DNA of 63,520 bases, filler included, from Atractiella rhizophila (taxonomy: Eukaryota): NCBI GenBank assembly GCA_021432655.1. It is 8 parts of 7 records of this genome, joined end to end, with 100 filler letters (N's around TTAATTAATTAA, not from the genome) between each part and the next. Parts side by side here need not be neighbours in the genome. Positions count along the whole stretch, not along the records: positions 47,964 to 54,091 come from MU271978.1; positions 54,192 to 59,939 come from MU271978.1; positions 60,040 to 62,377 come from MU272018.1; positions 62,478 to 63,520 come from MU272047.1; 4 more parts are not named here. One strand, 5' to 3'. Below the pieces are notes generated by a model, which ran no database searches, had not been told where the DNA came from, and saw only the letters and a list, made by a program, of their open reading frames with translations. Of this stretch, positions 51,957 through 63,520 are shown piece after piece. Position numbers and translations under genes: made by a program. Position 1 is the stretch's first letter, and every line of letters starts with the position of its first letter.

Positions 51957-53411
51957 CTACTCTTGAGATTCTGATAGTACGCTTATCTCCCTCTCCAAGA
52001 TCAACGCATCTCTCGGTTCGATCATTTTGTAATAATCCTTCACTTCTCCCTTCACGACGAATCCCATCTTTTCCCAGAACTCCTTCGACTCTGTATTCGA
52101 TAACTGGACGTGCACATAAAGCAGCTTAACTCTTCGCCTCGTCTTTGGCTTAGGAGCAGGCTTCGACTTGTCTGATGATGGTGGAGTGTGCCACGTCTTC
52201 TCAGCTTCGTCCACAATATGGTCCAGCATCATCTTCCCTAATCCTTTCCGTCGATAAGGTGCGAGGACACCGAGAGTCATAATGTACAGTTTCACATCTT
52301 CGATGCTTTCCTTCGGCTCTTCTTTCTTCCCTTGCCCTTTCTTTCCTTTCGAGCTAGTACTCGTCGTTGCGGATGTCGTTGGAGGCGGGGGGAGAGGATT
52401 GGAGGGTTGTACGGAGTCTGAGAAATCAGTCGCGGCCGGAGAGGAGTAGGCTTCTAAGCGAGCAGCGATTGCGCCAACGGGGACGTCGTTAAAATAGACT
52501 GGGACGAAGGGACTGTCAATACCTTTCTACAAGAGCTGGAGATCGATTGTAGGCCTGTCTCTTGTACCGAACATTGAACAGGTAGCAGATTTGACATTAC
52601 ATCGGAGCAAGATTTAATATAACAGCGGGTAGGCTGTACAATAAGCCATAACATGGTTGCGTCTGATCCATCATCCACGTCAACCCCCTTTCAGGATGGT
52701 GCTACGGCGATCCAATATGTAACAGCTTGGCAGGGCGTAGGCCCAACGCTCTTTGAGCATATTTCATACTGTATTTATGCTCCTTAATTCCTGCTACAGA
52801 AGCTCATGTGAGCAAAAGCTCGTGTAGGAACTTCATCAAATCAACAGTTATTGTAGCCAATACACAGCATAACAGGGAGGTAGAATAGGGTCACTGATTG
52901 TCAGGATGCCTCAAAGGGAGCAGGTGAACGATGTTATCACCCACAAAGGTGGGCAAGCACAAATTTTGGAAACTTGAGACGACTGAAAGCGACCACTACA
53001 CCCAAGCCTACAAAGCCAAGCACTCACCTAATCTGCAAAAATCTTCAAAATCTTCACGCAGCACGTCTTTATACCATTTATCAGAATATCTGGTATGGAA
53101 TAAGTCTCCTACCGCTTCGCTCAGTTCATCGCGCATACCTGACTGGAAAAAGCACATAGTTGAGCTTTCTCAGCGTCCCAATGTTGTTTCTTGTTCTTTA
53201 AACAGTTCATATCAGTTACTCCAATCATATATGACAAATGGCAAACCTACAAGTATCCCAGCTCGATCCTGTGTTTTGATCCAACTCGTTTTGCGGGTTT
53301 AGCTTCGGGAGTCTGCATGGAGGGGTAGACGTAAGACGTATCGGAGTCTGGAGTGCTGGCGATGTAGTTATCAAGGTCCTCTAGGGTAGTGAGAGAGGCG
53401 ATTTGAGCCAT
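51957..53411 (-). CDS. NAA50: N-alpha-acetyltransferase 50 (NatE catalytic subunit, GNAT); multi-exon
   Basis: RIELGYL-TRNNIGTLRKLNYVLFPVR-YSDKWY; VYFNDVPVGAI; KLYIMTLGVLAPYRRKGLG; LYVHVQLSN; YYKMIEPRDA. Confidence 0.93.
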
Positions 53412-54596
53412 TTCGTCGTTTACGCTAGCCTCCTGGCTCAAGGTTGCAACTTGCAACTTGCAAAATGCGTAACTTGGGATTTGAGGATAAGGATTCGCAT
53501 TGAACACGAGCATGTGGAGAAAGCTCAAAAATTATACATGGTATTCGTCGTCTTAAATGTGAGTGTTGATCATAAACCGGACATACAGTGGGAGTGTGAA
53601 GCTGTGATATCCTTCAATTGGCACTCGACATGCTTCGACGAAGTTTGTTCGTACAGGCTGTGAAGAAGACAACTCTCAGTTCATCAGAAAGCTTCGCAGA
53701 TTAGGGTGCATTGTCGTAAAAGCTCAAAGCAGAGAAGCACAGCAAGCAAGCAGAGTCGGGGCGAGTCAAAGTTCAAACGGAGATCACATCGTTGGTCCAG
53801 CTGCTGGTGCAGGTCATCTGCAGGAAGGTCAAACGACTGTATACGGGATGCTTATCTCGCAAGTGTTGCCCATATGCACCACATCTTGTAGACCAGAACG
53901 AAACTCGGGACAACGAGGAAGTGCTACTCCACATTATAATGAGTTTGCTGTTGTGGCTGCAAGGTAGGCATGCTCCGACCGGAAGATCACAACGAGGTAT
54001 CATGACACAAGAATGGGTGACTATCTACACGACGAAGAGGCAATTTACTTGTGTTCCAATTCATCCTTCTTCTGATCAACTTGCTTGATTTNNNNNNNNN
54101 NNNNNNNNNNNNNNNNNNNNNNNNNNNNNNNNNNNTTAATTAATTAANNNNNNNNNNNNNNNNNNNNNNNNNNNNNNNNNNNNNNNNNNNNATCCTCCAA
54201 TCTCTGTCGGTCGTATGTGACGCCATCTCTTATAGGATAGCAGTTGAAGGTGCTCTCACCACTTAAGCAGAGACTGCTTTAAGAGCTTGCTCGAAGGTCA
54301 CGAGAAGTTTTGATTTCTAGCCACTATGGTGGAAACTGGATCAAGAAGTTAGTCATTTGAATACAGCTGTTGATGAAAGATTGGACTCGAGAGTCTCTGA
54401 CAAACGGTAGCCGTAGCAGGTGCTGGTGACTCTGATAGGCAAATAGAAGCGGTAGTGCCCACTTGCTTACTAATACGAGGACGGGCAGCTAGCTTTCCGC
54501 TCTGGTGGAATTGACGACGTGCAGCTAGATTATGTAGATAGTGAATACCACTGACATTTATCGGTGTCCTTCTCTCTAACCTGAACTTTCGCTAGC

Positions 54597-55001
54597 GACG
54601 CCTCCTACGTTCTTGCGGTACCCTTTCCTATGAACAACGACTTTCTTGCACAAACTAAGATCGATTTCAACGCCATTCACAACGCCGTTCGAAATGCCAT
54701 CCTCAAGATTTTTGCTACTGACGACTCGAAATCGGTGCAGGCGACATTGTATCGCACATGTCAAGTGGTTTTAACGGAGTGTGACAATGGCGCGTTGTTT
54801 CTGCAACTGCATAGCTGACTTCGCAATTAACCTTTTCTATGTGCAGTGAACGAAATGTCAATGGCTCTCCCGAACAAGCATTACGTCCCAGTTGATCTTT
54901 CATTTTACAAAGGGTTGCAGAACACGAAGCCTGCTGATGCTGAGGTTTTCCAACCCATCGAAGTTTCAGGGCTTATCACTGCTACTGTCAAGAGGAGATG
55001 A
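54597..55001 (+). CDS. Uricase (urate oxidase), 3' exons; 5' part lost at spacer
   Basis: IFATDDSKSVQATLY; MALPNKHYVPVDLSFYKGLQNT...AEVFQP...SGLITATV. Confidence 0.92.
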
Positions 55002-55152
55002 CGGCACTGGGATCTGAAGAAGTGCGTAATCACGAAAGTCTGTATGTCCACCGTTGTGGAGAATAAACCACCGCATCCATTACAATGAAGTAAAATACGC
55101 TTCATATATCACATATGGATAGTAGTTCTGTACAACGTTCCGCTAAGTGTCA

Positions 55153-58100
55153 CTATTCTGAGTATTCATCAAGGTACTTCTCAAGCTCATTGACGGCCTT
55201 CTTCTGAAGCTGGATGAGCATGACTTTTAATTCCTGTGCACTAAACGAGGCCGGCGTTTCGCGATGAATCCTACGTAAGGTGTCGACAAGCTGCACCGTG
55301 GTTCACCTTATGACAAAGTCATAGTGATTGGCTTACCTCGAGCACCTGTCTTCGCCTTTCTATCACCATCACACTCTTCGAAGTCCTCTGATCTTCACCT
55401 GCTAGTTCGTCTAAACGCTGCGCGATGTCGATGGCTCTGTTGAGAACGCTTTGTGGCAATCTTGTGCCTCGAGCCAGTTCAATTCCTGGGGTTGAAAGTC
55501 AGAGCCTGGTCTGAATACGTTTCGGCTCACCATAATGAACATGATCTGAGGCACCGTCTTTGATTGTGTGTAGGAATCGAAGACCGCACGCCGTGTGGGC
55601 ACAGTTTGAGTCGACCTGTACACTCAACAAAGTGAGCAGTTTTCAAACGAAAGCAGAAGAAGATGAACTTCGCAAGACATTTGGAGGGTGACCACGGTTG
55701 GATATGCGTGCAGCGTCCTGACGACGATGTCAGGCGTTAGCAAAACCTGGCAACGCTACTGACGTGCAAAGCTCGCGAAAATGTGTAATAAAGAAGCAGA
55801 TTGCCTGCAGAGACTGTCAAATTTACGAATACTTGATTGGTACTAACTGACCGTGCTTTCAATTATTCGTTCTGCAATGGCATGGGCAATCCCAATTCCT
55901 TCTGCACTGCTTGTTCCCCGCCCAAGCTCGTCCACTATGACGAGCACCTTGCCATCTTCCTTGCACACCTCCAGTGCACTGAGTATCAGGCTCATGCTCT
56001 TCATCTCCATGGCAAAGGTTGATAGACCAGACTCGATGGAGTCGTCATTAGAGAGGCGAGATAGTATGGATGAAACCACAGCGAAAGAAGCGTATTCTGC
56101 TGGAACTAACAGAGCGCAAATCGCGCGGAGGACCAGTGGCAGGTTTTAAAGCTAAAGGCGAGTGGGGTAAGCTTACCAAAAGACCCGATCTAGCTCTTTA
56201 TCAACACGTAGTTTTGTAACCGATTGACACTGACCTGAGCCATGATATACAAAAGAGCGACCTGTTTAGGCATTCAGAACTAGTCCAGAAAGTATTCAGG
56301 TAGAGCTCGCCTGACGAATGAACGTGCTTTTCCCTGACATGTTGGGCCCAGTAATGATCTGGAAGGTGGAAGCATCGGTCACCCAAGTATCGCTTGAGTC
56401 GAATGAGCAGAGAAACAGCAAGAATGAATGAGAATGTCACTTCGCAACGAAATCCGCGTCTTCACGGCGCTCAAGCAACGGGTGTCGGCCTTGGAGACGT
56501 TCAGCCATATCACAGAGAGGTGCTACTGTTACCTCCTTTAATAGCCAAAGTTCCTGAACGCTACTATGAACGATGTATGATGTATGAGAGCAAACACACC
56601 TGTAAATTCTGGTCTCGTATACTCGTATTTCGAGGCTAGATCGGCAAAACTAAAGGATGTTATAGAACAAGTGGCACAGGTGGGACTACTTACGATGCCA
56701 ACATGTCGAGCAGGGCTATTGCTTCAGAGCACTGGTACAATACCGAAATATCGGTAGAGATGTGATCATTCAGCATCTCTAGCGTCCTGCCAAAAAGGTG
56801 AGTTTTAACTTCTTCTTGAAGGGTGAGCCAATTGGCGTACTGATCACTCAGCAGGAGGATTTCATGCATTGAGTCTGTGATTTTTTGATTCTTCTTTTTC
56901 TGTACCATATTTGAGGAGAGAATGCGAAAAACTGCAATGGGCTCACAAGTTCCAAGGAACTGAAATACGTCTTGCCAGCTTTTTTGGACTGTCAAATTGT
57001 CAGCATGGTCCGACAAAGACAGAATTCTTACAATATCTTTAAATCCCAGTTTCTCTAATACCCTCCTGTCATCGATGTCTTCGTTTTTAGAGACAAACTG
57101 ATATCCATTTTTGGAGTATTGCAAAGCAATTTCAAACTTGTGCGCTTGAGACAATTTCTCTGCAAGCTCAAAACAATCCGTCACATTTTCGTTGAAAGTT
57201 TCACGAGCAACCTTGAGTTACGAGAAGTCAGAACGGCAAGCAAGGTGATCTAGAGACTAACATCTAGGAGCAGATTTTTCTTGGGTTTCACTGCTCGTAT
57301 CTTTTGGTTTTTTCCAAAAGCTGCATATCTCCACGTGCTCGCCTCTTTTTCATCGCTGAGAATGTCGTCGATAGACTTCAGCATGTCCCCCAGTCTTTTG
57401 GTGTTGAAGGATCGTCTTGATCATAGTAAGAAGGTGGCTTCGACAACCTGATAGCGATTTCGCGAGCAAAGGTAATGCCCTGTGTTCACATGCATTTAGC
57501 AAGGAAGGGCAGATATTTTTAATTCTACCTGAGAAAGGTTTTCAAATTGAGAAATCTCTGGATTTTCTGGCCTGCGAGTGTGGCAGGATCCTGCTTCACG
57601 CGAAGGACGGGCGACGGCGAACGAGAAGTAATGAGCGAGCCAACTAGCTTATCCAAGTCTATATTTTTCAATCTTCACGAAATGTCAGTATTATTCAGAC
57701 AGATATTAAGTGCATACGTGGATAAAGACTTTCGGATGGCGATGAATCTTTCTTCCTTTCCAACCAATTCTTCCACCTGTCGCATCCGTGAGCATTAGCG
57801 AGGGCCAGGGGATGGGAACTGACAACGTCAAGTCGAGCTTCGATTGTTTCTGTCGATGTTGAAGGACTTAGGATGTTTGCACGAAGCTGAGGAAATATGT
57901 CATTCAGGTCCAAGTGACCGTGAAAGTCTCACAAGACGCGTAGCCATCCTGAAAGTATGTCAGCACTTGCTTCGTGCAAAGATCGGAGAGCATACGGTGT
58001 GAAGCAATGGTCCAGTAAGCCGAGCAAGGTTTGTTTACTTTTTGGGTCCACGAGCTAGCCCCATTGTTCAAAGAGTCAAACGACAGAACTGGCTTACATT

Positions 58101-58897
58101 AGTCACAAGTTCGAGGCTGATGACAGTGTCTACATCAATTAGAGCTGTGCCTTCGAGGGCAGAATATTTGACGTTTAGAGATTTGGCAGGGTATGTTATC
58201 CCTAAAGAGACCTCTAGGTATCTACGGTTGTCTCACAATGGTACAAAGGGAAAAATATGAAGACATACTTAAACAAAGCCGACGTAGCAGATAGAGCATA
58301 ATACTTCGACTCTGCAGTCTTCGCACTGGCTCTGTTACTCTCATCATCGGCTCCATATTGAATGATAAAGTCGAGTCCTTCTCAGAAATGAGCAACTGTC
58401 GGCGCATGAGTGATGGGGAATAAGCAAACCGGCTTGCTCGTTCCAATATTTTCGCGCGACCGGGGTGAAAGTCACGTCGTCGAAGGATTCTGTCAGACAT
58501 TCCATGAAGATGGTGCCATTGACCAAGTTCATAAGTTGAGCTTCAGAATTTTGGCCGGGTTTCGCGGCAGTAGACGGAACAAGGATGGTAGACGGATACC
58601 TCTGTTGGGAACTCCATTTGAGTGGCCTTGAATCCAGGGGAAAAGCTTAACTGACGCTCGTCAAGGTGTGAATTGTTTTCACGAAAGTTTGCGAATCGGT
58701 CAACTGCAACACGCTTTCCAGATGTTCCTTGAGGTCAAGAAAGGACGGACCTGAGTGATGTAGCATATTTTCCTATCCAACTCAAGTGTCGCAATCCCTA
58801 CTTCATGTCCAACACCACGTCCCTCCAGAACGGCAGTCACCCAGTTACCATCTTTGACACTTCGTCCTGATGTCGACGGCCGAACTGTTGTGGCCAT
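55153..58897 (-). CDS. MSH4: Meiotic MutS homolog 4; many exons
   Basis: AVLEGRGVGHEVGIA N-terminus without a mismatch-binding domain; FQIITGPNMSGKST; ILSRLSNDDSIESGLSTFAMEM; VIVDELGRGTSSAEGIGIAHAIAE. Confidence 0.92.
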
Positions 58898-59206
58898 TCT
58901 TGCTGTAAATTTGCTCGTCGTGCTTGGTAAGTTGGCGAGGTTCGCATAACTGGCACATTTTACAACGTGTGCTAAATCTTGCACGTGCATGAGCTGCAAC
59001 GCTCATTTTGAGGCTTTTCTGACCTCTCTTCAGCTAACAGAACCGGTATTTCTGGAGCATGTTTGCAAAGAGTGAAAGAAATCCCAATTAGTCCAGTAAT
59101 ACCTCACAAATACGCAATCCACGCACTCCCGATGGCACCCCACTCTAAACCTCTAAAAAAAAGCCGAAAAGGCAAGTTCTTGCAATTTCTAGCAATAAGG
59201 CGGTAT

Positions 59207-59939
<733 letters not shown>

Positions 59940-60039
59940 NNNNNNNNNNNNNNNNNNNNNNNNNNNNNNNNNNNNNNNNNNNNTTAATTAATTAANNNNN
60001 NNNNNNNNNNNNNNNNNNNNNNNNNNNNNNNNNNNNNNN

Positions 60040-62377
60040 TGAGGAGCCGGAGGAGGACGAAGAGTCTTTTGGTTCTCCCATTTCTGCGCCGATATCAGAT
60101 CCTCCGGTTGGCAATAAGGAGAAAGAAGAGAAGAAAAAGCGCAAGAGTGCGAAATCGGCACCAGGTGGTATTCCCAACTCGATCCTAGGCGAGAGCCGAC
60201 ATCCTTCCTCTTCTGCACCAGGTTCCAGGGCCGGTTCGAGGTATGGCTATGTCCCTCCTCCGAATCCCGCTATGGCTCCGTACCCGTACCCCTACCGTCC
60301 ATCGATGCCCAAGGCCAAAAACCGTGCTTTTCTCCCTTTCACCCATCACCCCTCCTCCCAACCGGACCTACGGGCAGTCGCATTGGCGCAGCAGAGGCGG
60401 ATGGCGCAGAGTGTTCGCAGCAGTGCAACAATGAGAACTCGCGGGAGTGCTGGTTTTGGAGAGACGGTTGTTGTGGGGAAGGTGGAGTTTGATATTGATC
60501 GGAGGAGTGGGAGGGCGAGATGGTATGATGAATGGCTGAGACAGGCAGAAGGCGTTCCTGGAGCGGAGGATCTGTTGCGATCCTCGACTGGCGCGAGCTC
60601 AAACGCGAGCTCCGGACGTGAAAGAAGAGGAAGGGATCTCATGCTCCCAACTCTCGTCAACGTCCAAGTGCGCACGCCAACACCGACGAGTGCGCAGCCA
60701 CCGTCACGGGCTCTGAAAGAGCATGATACCCCTCGACAAGTCTCCCAGCCAACTGTGTTCTCCATTCCTTTCGCAGCCACTCGACAACAGTCACCTCCAC
60801 TCTCCCTCTCCTCCGCATCCACTCACTCACCCTCTTCTCGTCGTGCCGCTCTTCCACCCCCGGAAGAAACCGATACCCCAAGCGCTCGAGGGATGGCGCC
60901 ACTTGTAACTGCTCAGCATCAGCACGAAACACAAGAAGTTGATTTCTTGGACGCCCCTTTGCCGACCCCGTTCAGTCTCGCCTCTTCACATTCGCAAAGC
61001 AGTCGCGGACATCCATTCGGCGACGAAGACGTGTTGAGGGAGATGGAGATGTACGAGAGACAAGAGGAGGGGATGCAAAGAGAATTGGAGCTGAAGGAGC
61101 CACAGCGAGAGGTGCATGAGAGGCAGACGACTGGTGATGATGAGGGGTTGCAGGAAAGGGGTATGCGATCCAATCCTCCTCCTACGTCTTCAAGCGTACC
61201 TTCTGAAGATGAACATCACGTTCAACGGCATTCGAGGACATCCTCGGTCAGTATGACAGCAGCGCAGTCGGGGATGGTAGAGAGTGAAGGAGGATATGCA
61301 CCACTGTTAGAACAAGAGGACGGTTCAGAGTACGGCGCCGAAGCAGAAATCAGTTCGCTAGTTCAAGAAGACGACGGGGAGCGTATGTCGTTCAGGGATT
61401 CTCAATCATCCTTCAAATCGCATTCGAGAAGGAGCAGCGTTGGTAGCCTCCCAGACGGCGCAAAAATTCTCTCGTCAGGTACCGACCCTCTCGCCGACAT
61501 CTTCCCATCCGACGGTACTACGTGGATGGAGATGAAATCTGAGACTGGTGTTGCACCGGAACGCGAGCAGGAGTTGATCAACGAGGCACTTGCTGGAAGA
61601 CTTCCAGTGGATGCATATACGAAAGGCCTAGGGATTGTTGGTACAACAGGAGAAGGCATTGTGATGCCACCAAGTGTCACAGACGACGATGAGGATATCT
61701 TGAAGGAAGATGGGGTCAATGAAGTGGTGCGACTGCTGGTTGAGAAAAGGAAAGAGGAAGAACGGTCCGTTTTGCAAGGTTTGGAGAGCCCTATCCAACT
61801 TGCGCCAGCCGTGTTCAAGAAAGGTGCGCTTTGTCCTCCATTAGCTTACATCACATGAAGATGTGCTGACGTTCTTTGCAGAGGAATCACCCGAAACACA
61901 CGGAAGAGAACTTGAAGAATCTATGCCATTGACTCCCCTTACAGACCAGTCACGCCAGCAAACCCCGCCAAGCTTCATTCCCCCCATTGTCGAGCCTGCA
62001 CCTGAGAATGTCGCAGATGCTACGCCTACTCTAGCACCAGACACTTCATTGTCGAAACCGTCAAGTCCATCTAAGTGGGCGTCAGCTCTTGCATTCCCGT
62101 TTGGAGCGTTACGACGGAGAGCGGGTAGCGAAGCGTCGCAAACAAGCGCCTCCGTGCCCTCGGCACCACCTTCACCACAGCCCGCAGCACCTCAAACTCT
62201 TGCAGATAATCCAGACAACTTGTCTCCGGAGAAAGCACAGATGGTTGGGAGTCGCCAGTCCAGCTTGGACATGATGGATAATCTTGACGACCTTGAAAGA
62301 GCGCTGCAGGAACTTTCACCTAAAGCCCTGCGGCCCTTTCCAAGTTCACCCCAACCAGGCGTCAGCTCCAGGATAAC
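60040..62377 (+). CDS. Hypothetical low-complexity protein, internal part (open at both spacers)
   Basis: 528-aa and 188-aa ORFs joined by a short intron; Ser/Pro/Glu-rich; no family recognised. Confidence 0.7.
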
Positions 62378-62477
62378 NNNNNNNNNNNNNNNNNNNNNNN
62401 NNNNNNNNNNNNNNNNNNNNNTTAATTAATTAANNNNNNNNNNNNNNNNNNNNNNNNNNNNNNNNNNNNNNNNNNNN

Positions 62478-63520
62478 ACTGGTGGAGAGATGCTTGAGTG
62501 TTGTTGCGATTGGTGAGGGTCAGCTCGTGGACCGATAGGTCGGCGGAAGCTCATTTGCGAGGGATCAGTGAGAGGGAACACAGCGTGACTGGCTGGATGG
62601 ACATGCGCGACAGTGGATCGAGTAAGAATCTTTAAGCCTGCTCCACTCGTTGGTACATTAGATCCAATCGATCCAGCTGCCATCCCTGCCAGCGTGGTTG
62701 AAGGATTGGCCGTCCCGCTCGCCCTCTTCTCTTTCTCTTTCTCCTTCTCCTTCTCCTTAGCGTCCTCCTCCTCAAATACAGTCAAAGGGAACGGCACCAC
62801 CTTCCCAACATTCAAAGTGTCTTTTCCTGATCCGCCTACAGCAGTCGCAGCCGCAAAAAAGGTTTGGAATGTGTTTCCCTCATCCTTCTCCTTTATTGGG
62901 CTGGCAAGCTTGAGAATCTTGTTTATCGAAGATTTCAAAGGGCTTTTTGGGGTCTCCACTCCAAACCCTGCCGTCGGCGAAGTAGGTTGCCCTTCCATCA
63001 CCATGTAAGACTTAGACTTTGACCGTGGTCGAGCTGTTGTCACTGTGGAGATGGCAGAAGTAGGAGAGAAGGGAAGAGGGTCAGAAGGCGTCCGCATCTC
63101 TAACTTGAGCTGTGGGTGTTTAGATCCTGTCGAAACAGAAGGTAGACTGGTGTCCAGTTTAGGGAGACGCTCCGCCGACGAACGCATCGTTGCCTTGGAA
63201 GGCATTGAGGACGAGGGTTTGAAGGGAGGACGAACATAGGATTGGTTGGTAGCCATGGAATGAGAGGGTGATGTCTGCATGTAGGAGGAGTGAGATTGCG
63301 AGTGGGAATGCGAGTTTCTGATTGAACCGGAGTTCGAATGAGAGTGAGAGTGGGAAGTGTCGCTATCGCTCCAACCCTGACTCCCTAGCAAGTACTCGTC
63401 GCCAAAATTCAACACTGTCGGGCGCACGTAAGGTATCTCCATTTTCTGGATGGTCTCTTCTGACATCCGTTTGGTTATCTCTGCCGAAGAGACATGCTTG
63501 GATGGTCGCCGTCGAGAATC
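62478..63520 (-). CDS. Hypothetical Ser-rich protein, internal part
   Basis: Single frame open across the ~1 kb contig piece; HS and KE repeats; no family recognised. Confidence 0.65.

Overview
Eukaryotic, intron-rich fungal DNA, most likely basidiomycete (GT-AG introns mostly ~45-60 nt with CTRAC/CTAAT branch points). The window is a concatenation of contigs joined by seven artificial N44-TTAATTAATTAA-N44 spacers plus two ordinary N gaps, so several genes are truncated and adjacency across spacers is not reliable. Recognisable genes: BCKDH E1-beta, TYW4 (methyltransferase-Kelch-JmjC), a mitochondrial-type AAA ATPase, NatB auxiliary subunit NAA25, a probable EBP2, a Mug190/tricalbin-like SMP-C2 protein, a disrupted pepsin-like protease, an AYR1-like SDR, three AKR7 aldo-keto reductase copies or fragments, cactin, an amino-acid permease, an RNA-dependent RNA polymerase, P5C reductase, NAA50, uricase, MSH4 and UDP-galactopyranose mutase. 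The most striking hidden signal is two blocks (about 17326-18491 and 48210-51138) written reversed but not complemented, which no six-frame translation can read. Decoded, they hold the missing middle of the Mug190 gene, a complete three-exon exosome subunit RRP46 gene and an unknown zinc-finger-like gene. This is most likely an assembly gap-filling artefact. Other observations: two tandem duplications, a single-lobe pepsin, a palindrome conserved in both AKR7 promoters, and one 450-710 nt intron in many housekeeping genes. No prokaryotic-type system, CRISPR array, tRNA or rRNA was seen. All calls come from manual reading and motif recognition, not database searches.
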